Below are positions 27,335 through 35,973 of a stretch of 64,000 nucleotides of DNA, one piece after another. This stretch comes from a virus. Under the pieces are notes generated by a model that did not search any database, had not been told where the DNA came from, and worked only from the letters and a program-made list of their open reading frames with translations. Position 1 is the stretch's first letter; the number at the start of each line of letters is the position of its first letter. The stretch is taken from positions 1 to 64,000 of the IMG/VR virus record IMGVR_UViG_3300046798_000124; one strand, 5' to 3'. The translations under genes and the position numbers were made by a program.

Positions 27335-27546
27335 AGTGGCAGATTCGTTACTCGTATGCGGAACGGCCGAACGATTCACAGCTGTACGATGCGTACACCA
27401 CCCGGACGCGCGCGCGTGCAACACTGGCCCGGCTCGCGGCCCGGTATGCATCCCAGTACGGCGACCGGCATGTCCGGTATCTCACGCCGGACAACATCGT
27501 CATAGCCGGCCGTACCGGATTCGACATCGTCAAGCGCTCGTCCTAG
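27331..27546 (+). CDS. small basic hypothetical protein
   Basis: ATGA coupling. Confidence 0.55.
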   Translation: MKWQIRYSYAERPNDSQLYDAYTTRTRARATLARLAARYASQYGDRHVRYLTPDNIVIAGRTGFDIVKRSS

Positions 27547-27629
27547 GATCGATCCGGCCGATAGCCGGCGAGTAACTCGCCGGCCTTCGAGTGGACCTAT
27601 CCACTAGATCTCACAGCGGAGTAGACCCC

Positions 27630-28472
27630 ATGGCAACGTATAGCGCGCGTACCCTGAAGGCATCCCTAGGCTTTACCAGTCTCACGACGCCGGACGGCTA
27701 TAACCCGAAACTGAAGAAAGGCCGGGCACAAGGGTACTCTTCGCTCATTCTGCATTTGGCCCCGGCGAAGCTGTCCGGCTATGACGTGTGCCAGTACGCG
27801 TCGGACCGGTGCCGGGCCGTTTGCCTTAACACGGCCGGCCATGGCGGGATCATCCGTCGAGGCGAAACCACCAACGCTATCCAGACGGCCCGGATCGCCC
27901 GGACGCGTTGGCTGTTCGAAGATCGGCCGTCCTTTATGGCCCAGCTGGCCCATGAGATCACAACGCATATCCGGCGAGCCCGGGCGCATGGTATGACGCC
28001 GGCCGTGCGTTTGAACGGTACCAGTGATCTTCCATGGGAAAAGATCACTGGCCCGGATGGCCGGACCATCCTGGACAGCTTCGAGCGTGTCCAATTCTAC
28101 GATTACACGAAAAGCGCCGGCCGCGCGCTTGCCTTCGCGGCCGGGCTTATGCCTTCGAACTACCACCTAACCTTTAGTCGCTCCGAGTCCAATGCGCTGG
28201 ACGTGTCGGCCGTTCTCCGGGCCGGCGTCAACGTGGCAGCCGTGTTTGCCACGGCCGAACTACCGGCCGAGTGGAACGGCTCGCCGGTCATATCCGGCGA
28301 CCATGATGATCTGCGATTCCTGGATCGCCGGCCGGCCATCGTTGGGCTAAAGGCAAAGGGAAAGGCCCGGCGCGACATCTCCGGATTCGTCATCCGTCCG
28401 GAGGATGCCCGGCCGGCTCTTGTCCTGCCGATGTTCGCTCAGGGTATGGCGCGCCCATCTATCGCCATCTAG
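27630..28472 (+). CDS. GP88-family phage protein
   Basis: VCQYASDRCRAVCL, VRLNGTSD, QFYDYTK, NYHLTFS, DLRFLD, VGLKAKG. Confidence 0.85.
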   Translation: MATYSARTLKASLGFTSLTTPDGYNPKLKKGRAQGYSSLILHLAPAKLSGYDVCQYASDRCRAVCLNTAGHGGIIRRGETTNAIQTARIARTRWLFEDRPSFMAQLAHEITTHIRRARAHGMTPAVRLNGTSDLPWEKITGPDGRTILDSFERVQFYDYTKSAGRALAFAAGLMPSNYHLTFSRSESNALDVSAVLRAGVNVAAVFATAELPAEWNGSPVISGDHDDLRFLDRRPAIVGLKAKGKARRDISGFVIRPEDARPALVLPMFAQGMARPSIAI

Positions 28473-28481
28473 ACCCCACAG

Positions 28482-28510
28482 GCCCGGCCTATCACAGGCC
28501 GGGCTGTTTT
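28482..28510 (+). terminator. intrinsic terminator
   Basis: GCCCGGCCT-ATCAC-AGGCCGGGC followed by TGTTTT. Confidence 0.7.
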
Positions 28511-28527
28511 CGTTAAGGGAGTTGCTC

Positions 28528-28614
28528 ATGTCCAGACTCACAGCCGTTGTCGTGGTGTACGTGTCGACGTTGGCAAGCGTCACAGCTGTTGCCGTGGCCT
28601 ACCTGTCGCACTAG
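28528..28614 (+). CDS. 28-aa hydrophobic peptide
   Basis: AAGGGA RBS; MSRLTAVVVVYVSTLASVTAVAVAYLSH. Confidence 0.5.
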   Translation: MSRLTAVVVVYVSTLASVTAVAVAYLSH

Positions 28615-28621
28615 CCTAGCC

Positions 28622-28661
28622 AAACGAGCCCGGCCCATCATGGGCCGGGCTCGTTTGCTTT
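28622..28661 (+). terminator. strong hairpin terminator
   Basis: AAACGAGCCCGGCCCA-TCA-TGGGCCGGGCTCGTTT followed by GCTTT. Confidence 0.75.
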
Positions 28662-28664
28662 AAC

Positions 28665-29030
28665 ACGCGTCCTAGGCCGGCCTAGGACGCGTCCACAGCC
28701 CGGATCGGCCGATAGTCGACCTATCGGCCGTGTTTGCTTTAAGCGAGCCTACAGCGTTGCCACTGTCCACCGGTCCGATACCCCACAGCACCCGGCGAGC
28801 CGTCAACGGCTCGCCGGCGCGTTCTGACGCGTCCGGCGCGCCTAGGCCGGTGCTGTGGCCACCATTGGCCATAGCTACCCTGTGGACGCGTCCTAGGACG
28901 GCCGGTACCGTCGACGGTACCGGCGAGCCTATCCCGGCCGATGGTAGGCCCGGAACGCTCGCCGGCCGTAGCGTTACGTTACGCGTTACGATAGGCCCGG
29001 CCGACGGTACCCTGACTCGATTGTCCGTTG
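28665..29030. repeat. non-coding cluster of perfect palindromes and hairpins
   Basis: 28665-28692, 28706-28730, 28792-28817, 28901-28924. Confidence 0.8.
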
Positions 29031-29307
29031 TCCGGTGTCAGGACGTGCGCGGCCAGGCCGCCGTGTCAGCTGACCCCGGTGTCAGGTCTCGGATGTCGCG
29101 ACGACGACGGCCTGGCCTGGATGTCATAGGTCGGCCGACGCCGGCCGTCCGGAGCGGCCGGGAGCTCGGTCCGAAACGTCCTGACGCCGATGTCATGGCG
29201 ACAGCGACCAGCTCGAGCCGTCACGCCAGCTGGAGCATGACCTCGGCGCCTGGCCGCCCCTGTCAGGACCGCCCCGCCAGGTCGAGCTGGTCACGACCTC
29301 GACGACC

Positions 29308-29463
29308 TGACCGAAATGTCATGACCCCCGGGTCGAGACGAGGGGGTCGGGACGGGGGCGTCAGGACCATCCGAGCAGGGGGCGGGAGGGGCGATTCCCT
29401 GTTAAGCAAGAACGGCCAGGGAATTTTTGATTTTCAGTTTCAGTCCGGCCGTTTTTCGGATTC
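29308..29463 (+). repeat. dispersed intergenic element, copy 1
   Basis: TGAC-N6-GTCA ... CAAGAACGGCCAGGGAAT..GATTTTCAG..TTTTT. Confidence 0.75.
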
Positions 29464-29578
29464 TACCATCTCGATCCAGACCTGGAGCTACCAGGATCGC
29501 CAGCCCGCTGGAGATTCCGCTCACTCGAAGGGATTCTCACCAGTTTTCACCAGTTTCTCGGATTCCCTCCGAAACCCC

Positions 29579-29607
29579 TTGACAGACGGTATACCGTGGT
29601 GTACCAT
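29579..29607 (+). promoter_or_regulatory. sigma70-type promoter with GGTATACC-NN-GGTGTACC operator
   Basis: TTGACA-17-TACCAT. Confidence 0.8.
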
Positions 29608-29636
29608 TGCCGTACACCCCAGAGGAGACACCCCTG

Positions 29637-30161
29637 ATGGACCCGATGACCCCAGAAACCTACCGTGCCCATGTCGCGGACATGGCTGATCTGATGCTCC
29701 AGTATCGCGCAGAAGACCCGTCCCTGGTGGGCGAGAAGCTCACCAGCGAGATCCACGAGTGGCTGAGCGCAGCCGACTCGTTCTTCCACTGGCACGACGG
29801 CGGCGAGCAGGGCACCGAGAACATTGCCCTGGACGTGCTGCGCTTCTCGGGCCACCGCCACGCTGCCGTGGAGGACGGACGCCCCGTCGCCGGCATCATC
29901 GCCCCCGACGAGGTGAACTTCGAGTACCTCGCCGCCCACGCCTTTGTGGCTGACGTGCTCGACCTCCTGGACCGCCGGGCCGTCCTGGATGCGACCCCCG
30001 ACCTGACCGACCGCGACGCCATCATCGCGTGGCTCGTCCTGAACGATCCGAACGGCTGCCACAGCGACGAGGACACCCTCGAAGAGGTGGGCGAGGTTCA
30101 CACCCTGGAGTCGGCGCTCGCCTGCTACCGCGACCAGATGGGCCTGGAGCAGGTCTCCTGA
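29637..30161 (+). CDS. acidic early hypothetical protein
   Basis: GAGGAG RBS; IAWLVLNDPNG. Confidence 0.65.
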   Translation: MDPMTPETYRAHVADMADLMLQYRAEDPSLVGEKLTSEIHEWLSAADSFFHWHDGGEQGTENIALDVLRFSGHRHAAVEDGRPVAGIIAPDEVNFEYLAAHAFVADVLDLLDRRAVLDATPDLTDRDAIIAWLVLNDPNGCHSDEDTLEEVGEVHTLESALACYRDQMGLEQVS

Positions 30162-30469
30162 TGACCACCGTAACCAACGACCTGACCACCCCGGAGCGCG
30201 CGGTTGCGCTCCTCCAGGCGCAGGGGATCCCCTGCCACTACGAGTCCTTCATGGGATCGATTTTCATCGAGGACGACGGCGCCGAGTGGCACTTCGGCAC
30301 CGTCAACGACACGTGGTGCGCCGACATCATGCACGACGCTGCTGTGGGCGACTCCTTCGGCTGCTGCGACACCGGGGTGCCCTCTGACACCCTCGACGCG
30401 CAGGCTCTTGCTTCCGCCATCGTCGCCGCCCTCATGCAGGGCACCGGCGTCGAAATCTGGAGGGACTGA
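30161..30469 (+). CDS. acidic early hypothetical protein
   Basis: TGATG coupling. Confidence 0.6.
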   Translation: MTTVTNDLTTPERAVALLQAQGIPCHYESFMGSIFIEDDGAEWHFGTVNDTWCADIMHDAAVGDSFGCCDTGVPSDTLDAQALASAIVAALMQGTGVEIWRD

Positions 30470-30471
30470 CC

Positions 30472-30726
30472 ATGGACCGTTGCGAGTACGACGACGCCCC
30501 GACGCCTGAGCGACCGACGAAGGTCTGGCACACCAACCCGGACGGCCGTCGAGGGTACCTCTGGCAGTGGATCTGCCCGGACTGCGGCGTCGCCCACATC
30601 ACCATCGTCAGCCCCACCATGTACGCCGGTCGCATGCCGTGCAGCCCCTGTCAGTGGAAGCGACAGGGCGGCACGTCTGCACCGCTCCCGCCCACCACCA
30701 AGAAGCCCAGGAGGGCACCCCGATGA
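30472..30726 (+). CDS. small Zn-finger protein
   Basis: CPDC...CSPC; GGAGG RBS. Confidence 0.55.
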   Translation: MDRCEYDDAPTPERPTKVWHTNPDGRRGYLWQWICPDCGVAHITIVSPTMYAGRMPCSPCQWKRQGGTSAPLPPTTKKPRRAPR

Positions 30727-31130
30727 CGACCCTGAAGCGTTCCGTGGCCGAGGCCACCAGTGTCGAAGCCCACGAGGTCTACAGCCTCATCCTGAGCGAG
30801 GGCGAGCCGGCTGGCTACGCCTACGCCATCATCCTGGACGGTCTGGGCGAGGAGATTGACCGCCTGTTTGTCGAGCCGCCGCCACCGCTTAAGGATCGCT
30901 GCCACGACGAGGACATCTGGTGGGGCGACCACCCCGAATCGGACCTCCTGGGGTTCTCGTCCGACCAGTTCTCGCCCACCGCCATGCCCGGCGCTGGCTT
31001 CTACAACAACGTGGACGACATGTGGGGCTGCCCCGACTACCCGACGGCCATCGCGGCGCTCTTCCTGGAGCACGCCATCCGGGTGGACCAGGACTGGTAC
31101 TTCGAGAACTCGGAGGCGTACTGGTCATGA
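30723..31130 (+). CDS. acidic hypothetical protein
   Basis: AGGAGG RBS; ATGA coupling. Confidence 0.6.
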   Translation: MTTLKRSVAEATSVEAHEVYSLILSEGEPAGYAYAIILDGLGEEIDRLFVEPPPPLKDRCHDEDIWWGDHPESDLLGFSSDQFSPTAMPGAGFYNNVDDMWGCPDYPTAIAALFLEHAIRVDQDWYFENSEAYWS

Positions 31131-31333
31131 ATGCCCGATGCGCCCTGCTCGCCAACCCCTACCGTAACGCCCCCGTGATGCAGTGCCCGACCGACATGCA
31201 CCGCTTCCACTACCACGGCCACGACCCGGCCGGCCCGTTCCGCCCGATGGTGCCGGGCCGGCCCTGCCCTCACCGCCACAAGAGCGTGCAGGCAGCACTC
31301 GCCTGCACCGCCCGCCTGGAGGTCCCCCGATGA
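31127..31333 (+). CDS. small His/Cys-rich protein
   Basis: ATGA coupling; CPHRHKS...AC. Confidence 0.55.
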   Translation: MNARCALLANPYRNAPVMQCPTDMHRFHYHGHDPAGPFRPMVPGRPCPHRHKSVQAALACTARLEVPR

Positions 31334-31698
31334 CCGCCGCCAATACCACCGATGTCGTGCTCGTGATCCGTGAGGGCGAGGTGCTCCTCCGTCGCGCCAC
31401 CCCCGGGATCCGGGTGACCATCCTCAACTACGACATGGCCGAGGACTTGCTCCGCTCCGGTGCCATCACCGACGACGGCACCGAGTGGGACGGTATCGGT
31501 ACTCTCCACCACGACGAGCGCGGCACCCCCTACCTCATGACCAGCCCGGCCGTGACCTGTGCGGTGTGCTTCGACTGGATCGGGGACGACGAGCCGCGCA
31601 CCAGCGTCGGCACCATGGACCGCGCCGCAAGCTTCTGCCGCCCCTGCACCATGGGGATGTCGCACGCGGACCTCATGACGGCACTCGCCACGGTCTGA
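31330..31698 (+). CDS. hypothetical protein with C-terminal Zn finger
   Basis: GGAGG RBS; CAVC...CRPC. Confidence 0.6.
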   Translation: MTAANTTDVVLVIREGEVLLRRATPGIRVTILNYDMAEDLLRSGAITDDGTEWDGIGTLHHDERGTPYLMTSPAVTCAVCFDWIGDDEPRTSVGTMDRAASFCRPCTMGMSHADLMTALATV

Positions 31699-31774
31699 CT
31701 CGGCTGGTAGCCGTGCAGCTTTCCTGCACGGCCTCCAAGCGGGCCACCCGCTACCACCCCTGAGGAGATCTCAC

Positions 31775-32065
31775 ATGACCACCGAGATAGCTCGCCATGC
31801 CCCCGTGATAGCCCTGCTCCGCGAGCAGGGGATCGCCGCTGAGGAAGCGGCGAGCGGCGGCAACTTCTACCACGTGAGTTTTGAGCTTCCGGACGGCGGC
31901 TACGTGCTGGCCGACGCCAATGAAGGCTGGTGGCTCGTCGGCCTCTATCGGCCGACTGACGACCCGTACTGGCGGATGGCTGAGGGCGAGATGCACGACG
32001 CCGACCTCCAGGAGGACGCTGACCCCGCCCTGGTCGCCGCGTGGCTGCTGGACGTCGCCCGATGA
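31775..32065 (+). CDS. hypothetical protein
   Basis: GAGGAG RBS. Confidence 0.6.
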   Translation: MTTEIARHAPVIALLREQGIAAEEAASGGNFYHVSFELPDGGYVLADANEGWWLVGLYRPTDDPYWRMAEGEMHDADLQEDADPALVAAWLLDVAR

Positions 32066-32349
32066 CGGCCGGACGATGTCAACGCTGCGGTTTCGCCGCC
32101 GCCGCCTACGATGAGTCGCTGTACAGGCAGTATGACGAGATGGTCTGCTGGGAGTGCTTCGAAGCTGAGCGACAGGCGCACCGGACCGCGTGCGAGATCT
32201 GCCATCAGCCGATCCCGCCCGACGACCCGCCACTCGGCGGCAGTGGCGCCCATGCCGCCTGCTACCGCCGCGCCGCCGCCGCCGACATGGACCGCCGTGC
32301 CCGCACGTACCGACGGGCGAACGGCATCCCCGACGCCGGCCGACCCTGA
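32062..32349 (+). CDS. double Zn-finger small protein
   Basis: CQRC..CWEC..CEIC..HAAC. Confidence 0.55.
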   Translation: MTAGRCQRCGFAAAAYDESLYRQYDEMVCWECFEAERQAHRTACEICHQPIPPDDPPLGGSGAHAACYRRAAAADMDRRARTYRRANGIPDAGRP

Positions 32350-32427
32350 CCCGTCGGCCTGGTCGCCGCCGCCAGGCCGCCGACGCCACGACCGCGGCCT
32401 CGAGAGCTCCAGCTCGTGACCCAGAGA

Positions 32428-32580
32428 CCCTGACCCAGATGTCAGGTCGAGGGCGTCGGGATGGGAGGGTCGGGACCGAGGGGGCACGACCGCCAGGTCA
32501 GGTGCCATGGGCGGTGGCCGGAGGACAAGAACCGCCAGGGAATATTCGATTTTCACTTCGACGCCGACCGATTTTCAGGC
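32428..32580 (+). repeat. dispersed intergenic element, copy 2
   Basis: CCCTGACCCAGATGTCAGGTCGAGGGCGTCGGGA identical to copy 3; CAAGAACCGCCAGGGAAT core. Confidence 0.8.
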
Positions 32581-32620
32581 TGGGCGACTTCACCGCCCCC
32601 GCCACCGAGAGGAGACGCTG

Positions 32621-32845
32621 ATGCTGTACGCCACCTTCCGCCGAGGATCCCACGATGAGACCACCCGGGTCCACCGGATCCCGTCCGTGACTGGTGAGCC
32701 GGGCTACTCCGACTACCGCCCCGCGCTCTGCGGCGCCACGGCGGCCCACCGCCTGTGGGCACCGGTCGAGACGCTGCCGCCGGCCGACGCCACCCCGCCC
32801 CGCGCCTATCTCTGCCCGCGCTGCTTCCCGGAGGGAGCCTCGTGA
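32621..32845 (+). CDS. small Zn-binding protein
   Basis: GAGGAG RBS; H..ALCG..CPRC. Confidence 0.6.
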   Translation: MLYATFRRGSHDETTRVHRIPSVTGEPGYSDYRPALCGATAAHRLWAPVETLPPADATPPRAYLCPRCFPEGAS

Positions 32846-33057
32846 CCACTGGTACCTGCGCCCGCTGTGACACGAGCTTCGAGCTTCACGGCTACCACTG
32901 GTGTCATCAGGTCTGCCCCGCCTGTATCCAGCCGCAGTGGATCGGGACCGATGGCACCATGCGCGCGGATGGCTTCTTCTGGCCCGCTGACCGCGAGCGG
33001 CTCGCCCGGCAGATCGCGGCCGATGGTGGCCGCTACATCCCCCGTTTCAAGGACTGA
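32842..33057 (+). CDS. small Zn-finger protein
   Basis: GTGA coupling; CARC..CPAC. Confidence 0.55.
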   Translation: MTTGTCARCDTSFELHGYHWCHQVCPACIQPQWIGTDGTMRADGFFWPADRERLARQIAADGGRYIPRFKD

Positions 33058-33059
33058 CC

Positions 33060-33329
33060 ATGTGGAGCATCTCCGATTCCCCGCCGCCAAGCTGGTACGA
33101 GCCGCCGGACGACATTGAGGAGGACGAACCCATGACAACGATCTATCGTCTGGCCGAGGGGCAGGGCTACGCGCTGGCCTTGCTCCAGACCGCCCCACAG
33201 GCCACCCCGTTCATGCGTATCCCGTGGGCCTCCCGCGTCATCAACGGCCCCCTGAAGCGCAGCGACGCTGCCCGCACCCTGTGGCAGGCGCGGCGACTCG
33301 GACGCATCGAGTCCATCACACGCACCTGA
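33060..33329 (+). CDS. hypothetical protein (alternative start 33132)
   Basis: RBS before both starts. Confidence 0.5.
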   Translation: MWSISDSPPPSWYEPPDDIEEDEPMTTIYRLAEGQGYALALLQTAPQATPFMRIPWASRVINGPLKRSDAARTLWQARRLGRIESITRT

Positions 33330-33365
33330 CCCGCCCGACCAGGCCGGGAGCTCCTGTCGCTCCGA

Positions 33366-33520
33366 CCCTGACCCAGATGTCAGGTCGAGGGCGTCGGGAC
33401 CGCGGCGACCAGGCCCCCAGGTCAGGCCCAGGCCGGCGCCGGCGCCGGCCTCCAGAACACAAGAACCGCCAGGGAATCCGGGATTTTCAGTTCGGGTCCG
33501 TCCGATTTTTGGACCGCCCC
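33366..33520 (+). repeat. dispersed intergenic element, copy 3
   Basis: As copy 2. Confidence 0.8.
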
Positions 33521-33535
33521 AGAAAGGAGGAATCC

Positions 33536-33712
33536 ATGACGGACGCGTGCAGCTGCCCCGAGCCGTTCACGGAGGACAGCTACCTCTGTCACCCGTGCGA
33601 GCAGCGGTGGATCGACGGCCTGATCGCCCAGGACGCCGACCGCGTACCCCCGGACGAGGTCGACAACGACCTCGACGCGGCGTTCCCCGAGAACGCCTTG
33701 ACTCCCCGCTAG
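33536..33712 (+). CDS. small hypothetical protein
   Basis: AAGGAGG RBS. Confidence 0.6.
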   Translation: MTDACSCPEPFTEDSYLCHPCEQRWIDGLIAQDADRVPPDEVDNDLDAAFPENALTPR

Positions 33713-33781
33713 GGAGGCGTTGGCGCCGGCGGCGATCTCACCCAACCGCCGGCGCCGACCACAGGAAAGCTGGGCACCCCC

Positions 33782-33949
33782 GTGGCGAACACAGCATACG
33801 CGACCGACCCCGTCGAGTACCGCGACATCCACGTCACAGTCTGCCGCTACCGCCGCCAGGGCCTCGTGTGCAGTACCTGCACCGCCGTCATCGAGCGCGC
33901 CGAGCGGGCACGCTCGACCGTCCAGATCCCCGAGAAACTCGTCTCCTGA
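33782..33949 (+). CDS. 55-aa hypothetical protein (H..C..CxxC)
   Basis: Manual translation. Confidence 0.4.
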   Translation: MANTAYATDPVEYRDIHVTVCRYRRQGLVCSTCTAVIERAERARSTVQIPEKLVS

Positions 33950-33954
33950 TCCTC

Positions 33955-33984
33955 TTGACAGACTGGTATACCACGGTGTACCAT
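33955..33984 (+). promoter_or_regulatory. sigma70-type promoter with GGTATACC-NN-GGTGTACC operator
   Basis: TTGACA-18-TACCAT. Confidence 0.8.
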
Positions 33985-34011
33985 CCTCATACACCCACGA
34001 AGGAGCACCCG

Positions 34012-34278
34012 ATGAGCATCGTCTACACGACCGTGACCGAGCGCGCCGACTACGACGGGATCGTCCTCTCCAGCACGCCCGTGGTCGTCTCGGCGACCGC
34101 CGGCCGCACCGATCCTGTGACCTTCCGCCGCGTCGAGCTGGATGACAGCTCAGACGGCTACTTCAGCCGCTATCAGGTCGAGCGGTACCACAGCTTCGGC
34201 TGCCTCGTCCTGTCGGAGGAGCAGTTCGAGCAGGAGGTCGACCAGGGCTTCATCGTCCTGGGCGAGCTACCGGCCTAG
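34012..34278 (+). CDS. hypothetical protein
   Basis: AAGGAG RBS after promoter. Confidence 0.6.
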   Translation: MSIVYTTVTERADYDGIVLSSTPVVVSATAGRTDPVTFRRVELDDSSDGYFSRYQVERYHSFGCLVLSEEQFEQEVDQGFIVLGELPA

Positions 34279-34377
34279 TCGCAGCACGCCGGGGCGGCGG
34301 TTGTCCCGCCCACGTTCGCCCATGGCTCCGGTACCGTCGGCGGTACCGGAGCCCACCACCACCCGAGAGGCACGAGC

Positions 34378-34608
34378 TTGGACTTCCAGACCTCGACCGA
34401 GACCACCGACTACGCTGCCGCAGCCAGGATCCACGTTCAGGGATCCTGTGGGCACCTCTTCTGGTGCTGGGTCAACGACCGCGACCAGAAGGTCGTGGAC
34501 GCGATCCTCGATCAGGTCTGCGGCGCGCCGTGCCCGAGGGCCTCCTGCACCACCGGCGGCGCGTTTGTGCCGGTCCCGCACCCCGAAGTGCGCCACTTCA
34601 CCCGCTAA
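34378..34608 (+). CDS. small Zn-binding protein
   Basis: CGH...CPRASC. Confidence 0.5.
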   Translation: MDFQTSTETTDYAAAARIHVQGSCGHLFWCWVNDRDQKVVDAILDQVCGAPCPRASCTTGGAFVPVPHPEVRHFTR

Positions 34609-34633
34609 CCCACCACCCGAGAGGATCCGACCC

Positions 34634-34801
34634 ATGCTCCTGATCAACACCGCGACCTGCTGCTGCGGCGACCTCGAATGGGCGCACGACGAGCACGGCT
34701 GCACGCGGGCCTTCTGCCCCTGCGCCACCTTTCGTCGCCACGTCGAGTGCGCGGCGTCACAGTCCGTGGCGCCATCCACCGGACACCGGGAGGCACCCTG
34801 A
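34634..34801 (+). CDS. small Cys-rich protein
   Basis: C.CGD...H...C..C.C..F. Confidence 0.5.
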   Translation: MLLINTATCCCGDLEWAHDEHGCTRAFCPCATFRRHVECAASQSVAPSTGHREAP

Positions 34802-34989
34802 TGACCTACCCCCCGCAGCCCCAGCCAGGACCGACCACGCGACCCCGCACCGTCCCCGAGTACGTCGGTTTCGGGTGCCTGGGCTGCCTGGGACTCGTCG
34901 CCGTCCTGATCGGCGGCTACCTCTCCCTGACCGTGCTGAGCGTCATCCTGGTCCTGATCTTCGCCGCGCTCAACACCACGCCCCACTGA
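34801..34989 (+). CDS. small membrane protein
   Basis: GCLGCLG followed by a long hydrophobic stretch. Confidence 0.55.
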   Translation: MTYPPQPQPGPTTRPRTVPEYVGFGCLGCLGLVAVLIGGYLSLTVLSVILVLIFAALNTTPH

Positions 34990-35009
34990 CACGCCACGTG
35001 CCACAGCAG

Positions 35010-35027
35010 GGTATACTGAGGTATACC
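35010..35027 (+). promoter_or_regulatory. operator copy GGTATACT-GA-GGTATACC overlapping -10 TATACT
   Basis: Same tandem 8-bp palindrome spacing as the three promoters. Confidence 0.6.
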
Positions 35028-35092
35028 TCTGTGATGGTGGGTGGGGATCTGCACCCCACCCACCGGCCGGCCACCCGAAGGAGTCGACTTCA

Positions 35093-35596
35093 ATGCCCGA
35101 CCGTGAGCAGTGTATCCCACGTGAGCTTCTCTGGAGCGATGACATGTCGACACCCGCACCGCGCCCTGGCCCGATCCAGTTCCGTTCTGTCGAGCTTGAG
35201 CCCCATCTTGAAGCGCGCTCTGATGGCAGTCTGGGTCAGGTCGCCGTCCGCGACCTTGGTCGTTACTACGAAGCCCTGAATCGAGCCCGTCCCACCTTCA
35301 GTCGTGATGAGGCACTGGCGATCATCGAGGTCTGCAACGGCACCCTCTGGGAGCCCTGGAGCATCCCCCTGCTCTGGGCGAGCGTCTCTGACGCGAAGGG
35401 CCTGGGCGAGCGCTGGTCCATCGACCAGGCCGCGCTGGTTGACCGCCTCCGCGCCCTCACCTACATCGAGATCCTCGCCATCATCGACTCAGCCGAGCGC
35501 GTCTGGCGTCAGGGCACCACCACCGGGCCGGCGCTCATCCAGACTCTTGAGGCGTCTGGCCTCATCGCTCCCACCCCCCAGGAGACCCGACCATGA
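35093..35596 (+). CDS. putative ribbon-helix-helix-type regulator
   Basis: PIQFRS...SLGQVAVRDLGRYYEAL N-terminus; operator directly upstream. Confidence 0.5.
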   Translation: MPDREQCIPRELLWSDDMSTPAPRPGPIQFRSVELEPHLEARSDGSLGQVAVRDLGRYYEALNRARPTFSRDEALAIIEVCNGTLWEPWSIPLLWASVSDAKGLGERWSIDQAALVDRLRALTYIEILAIIDSAERVWRQGTTTGPALIQTLEASGLIAPTPQETRP

Positions 35597-35973
35597 CCAC
35601 GAAGTACTTCTTCCACAGCCCGAGAGGTTTCTCGAATGAGGCAGACGTGTACGCCGTGCCGGCCGAGATCGCAGAGCAGTGGCTCGAAACGTTCGAGGCC
35701 CGTCTCGGGTCGAGCGCCGACTACGCCGCGACCGCCGTCGAGCCGATCACGCGGAGGGTGGCCGAGACACTGATCCGTCAGCCCGGCGTCGGCCTCCAGA
35801 TCGACGGCGACGACTACAACTACGAGGACTGCACCACGAAGCAGCTGACCCCCGCCTCGCTGAGGTCGGCCCGCCGTGCGGCGACCGCGATGATCGCAGA
35901 GATCAAGCGGGAGATGGACTTCGAGGCCGAGATGGCCGACGCCTATCCCGAGTTCGCGGTGCAACCGCGATGA
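35593..35973 (+). CDS. hypothetical protein
   Basis: AGGAG RBS; SPRGFSNE motif. Confidence 0.6.
   Translation: MTTKYFFHSPRGFSNEADVYAVPAEIAEQWLETFEARLGSSADYAATAVEPITRRVAETLIRQPGVGLQIDGDDYNYEDCTTKQLTPASLRSARRAATAMIAEIKREMDFEAEMADAYPEFAVQPR

Noticed and set aside
29400-29430. Sigma54 promoter in the dispersed element core (TGGC...TTG on minus strand)
   Set aside because: GG-N10-GC spacing is not met.
28730-29689. 319-aa ORF across the palindrome and repeat tract
   Set aside because: Low-complexity R/P/G/S translation, no RBS, and it spans repeats and a promoter.
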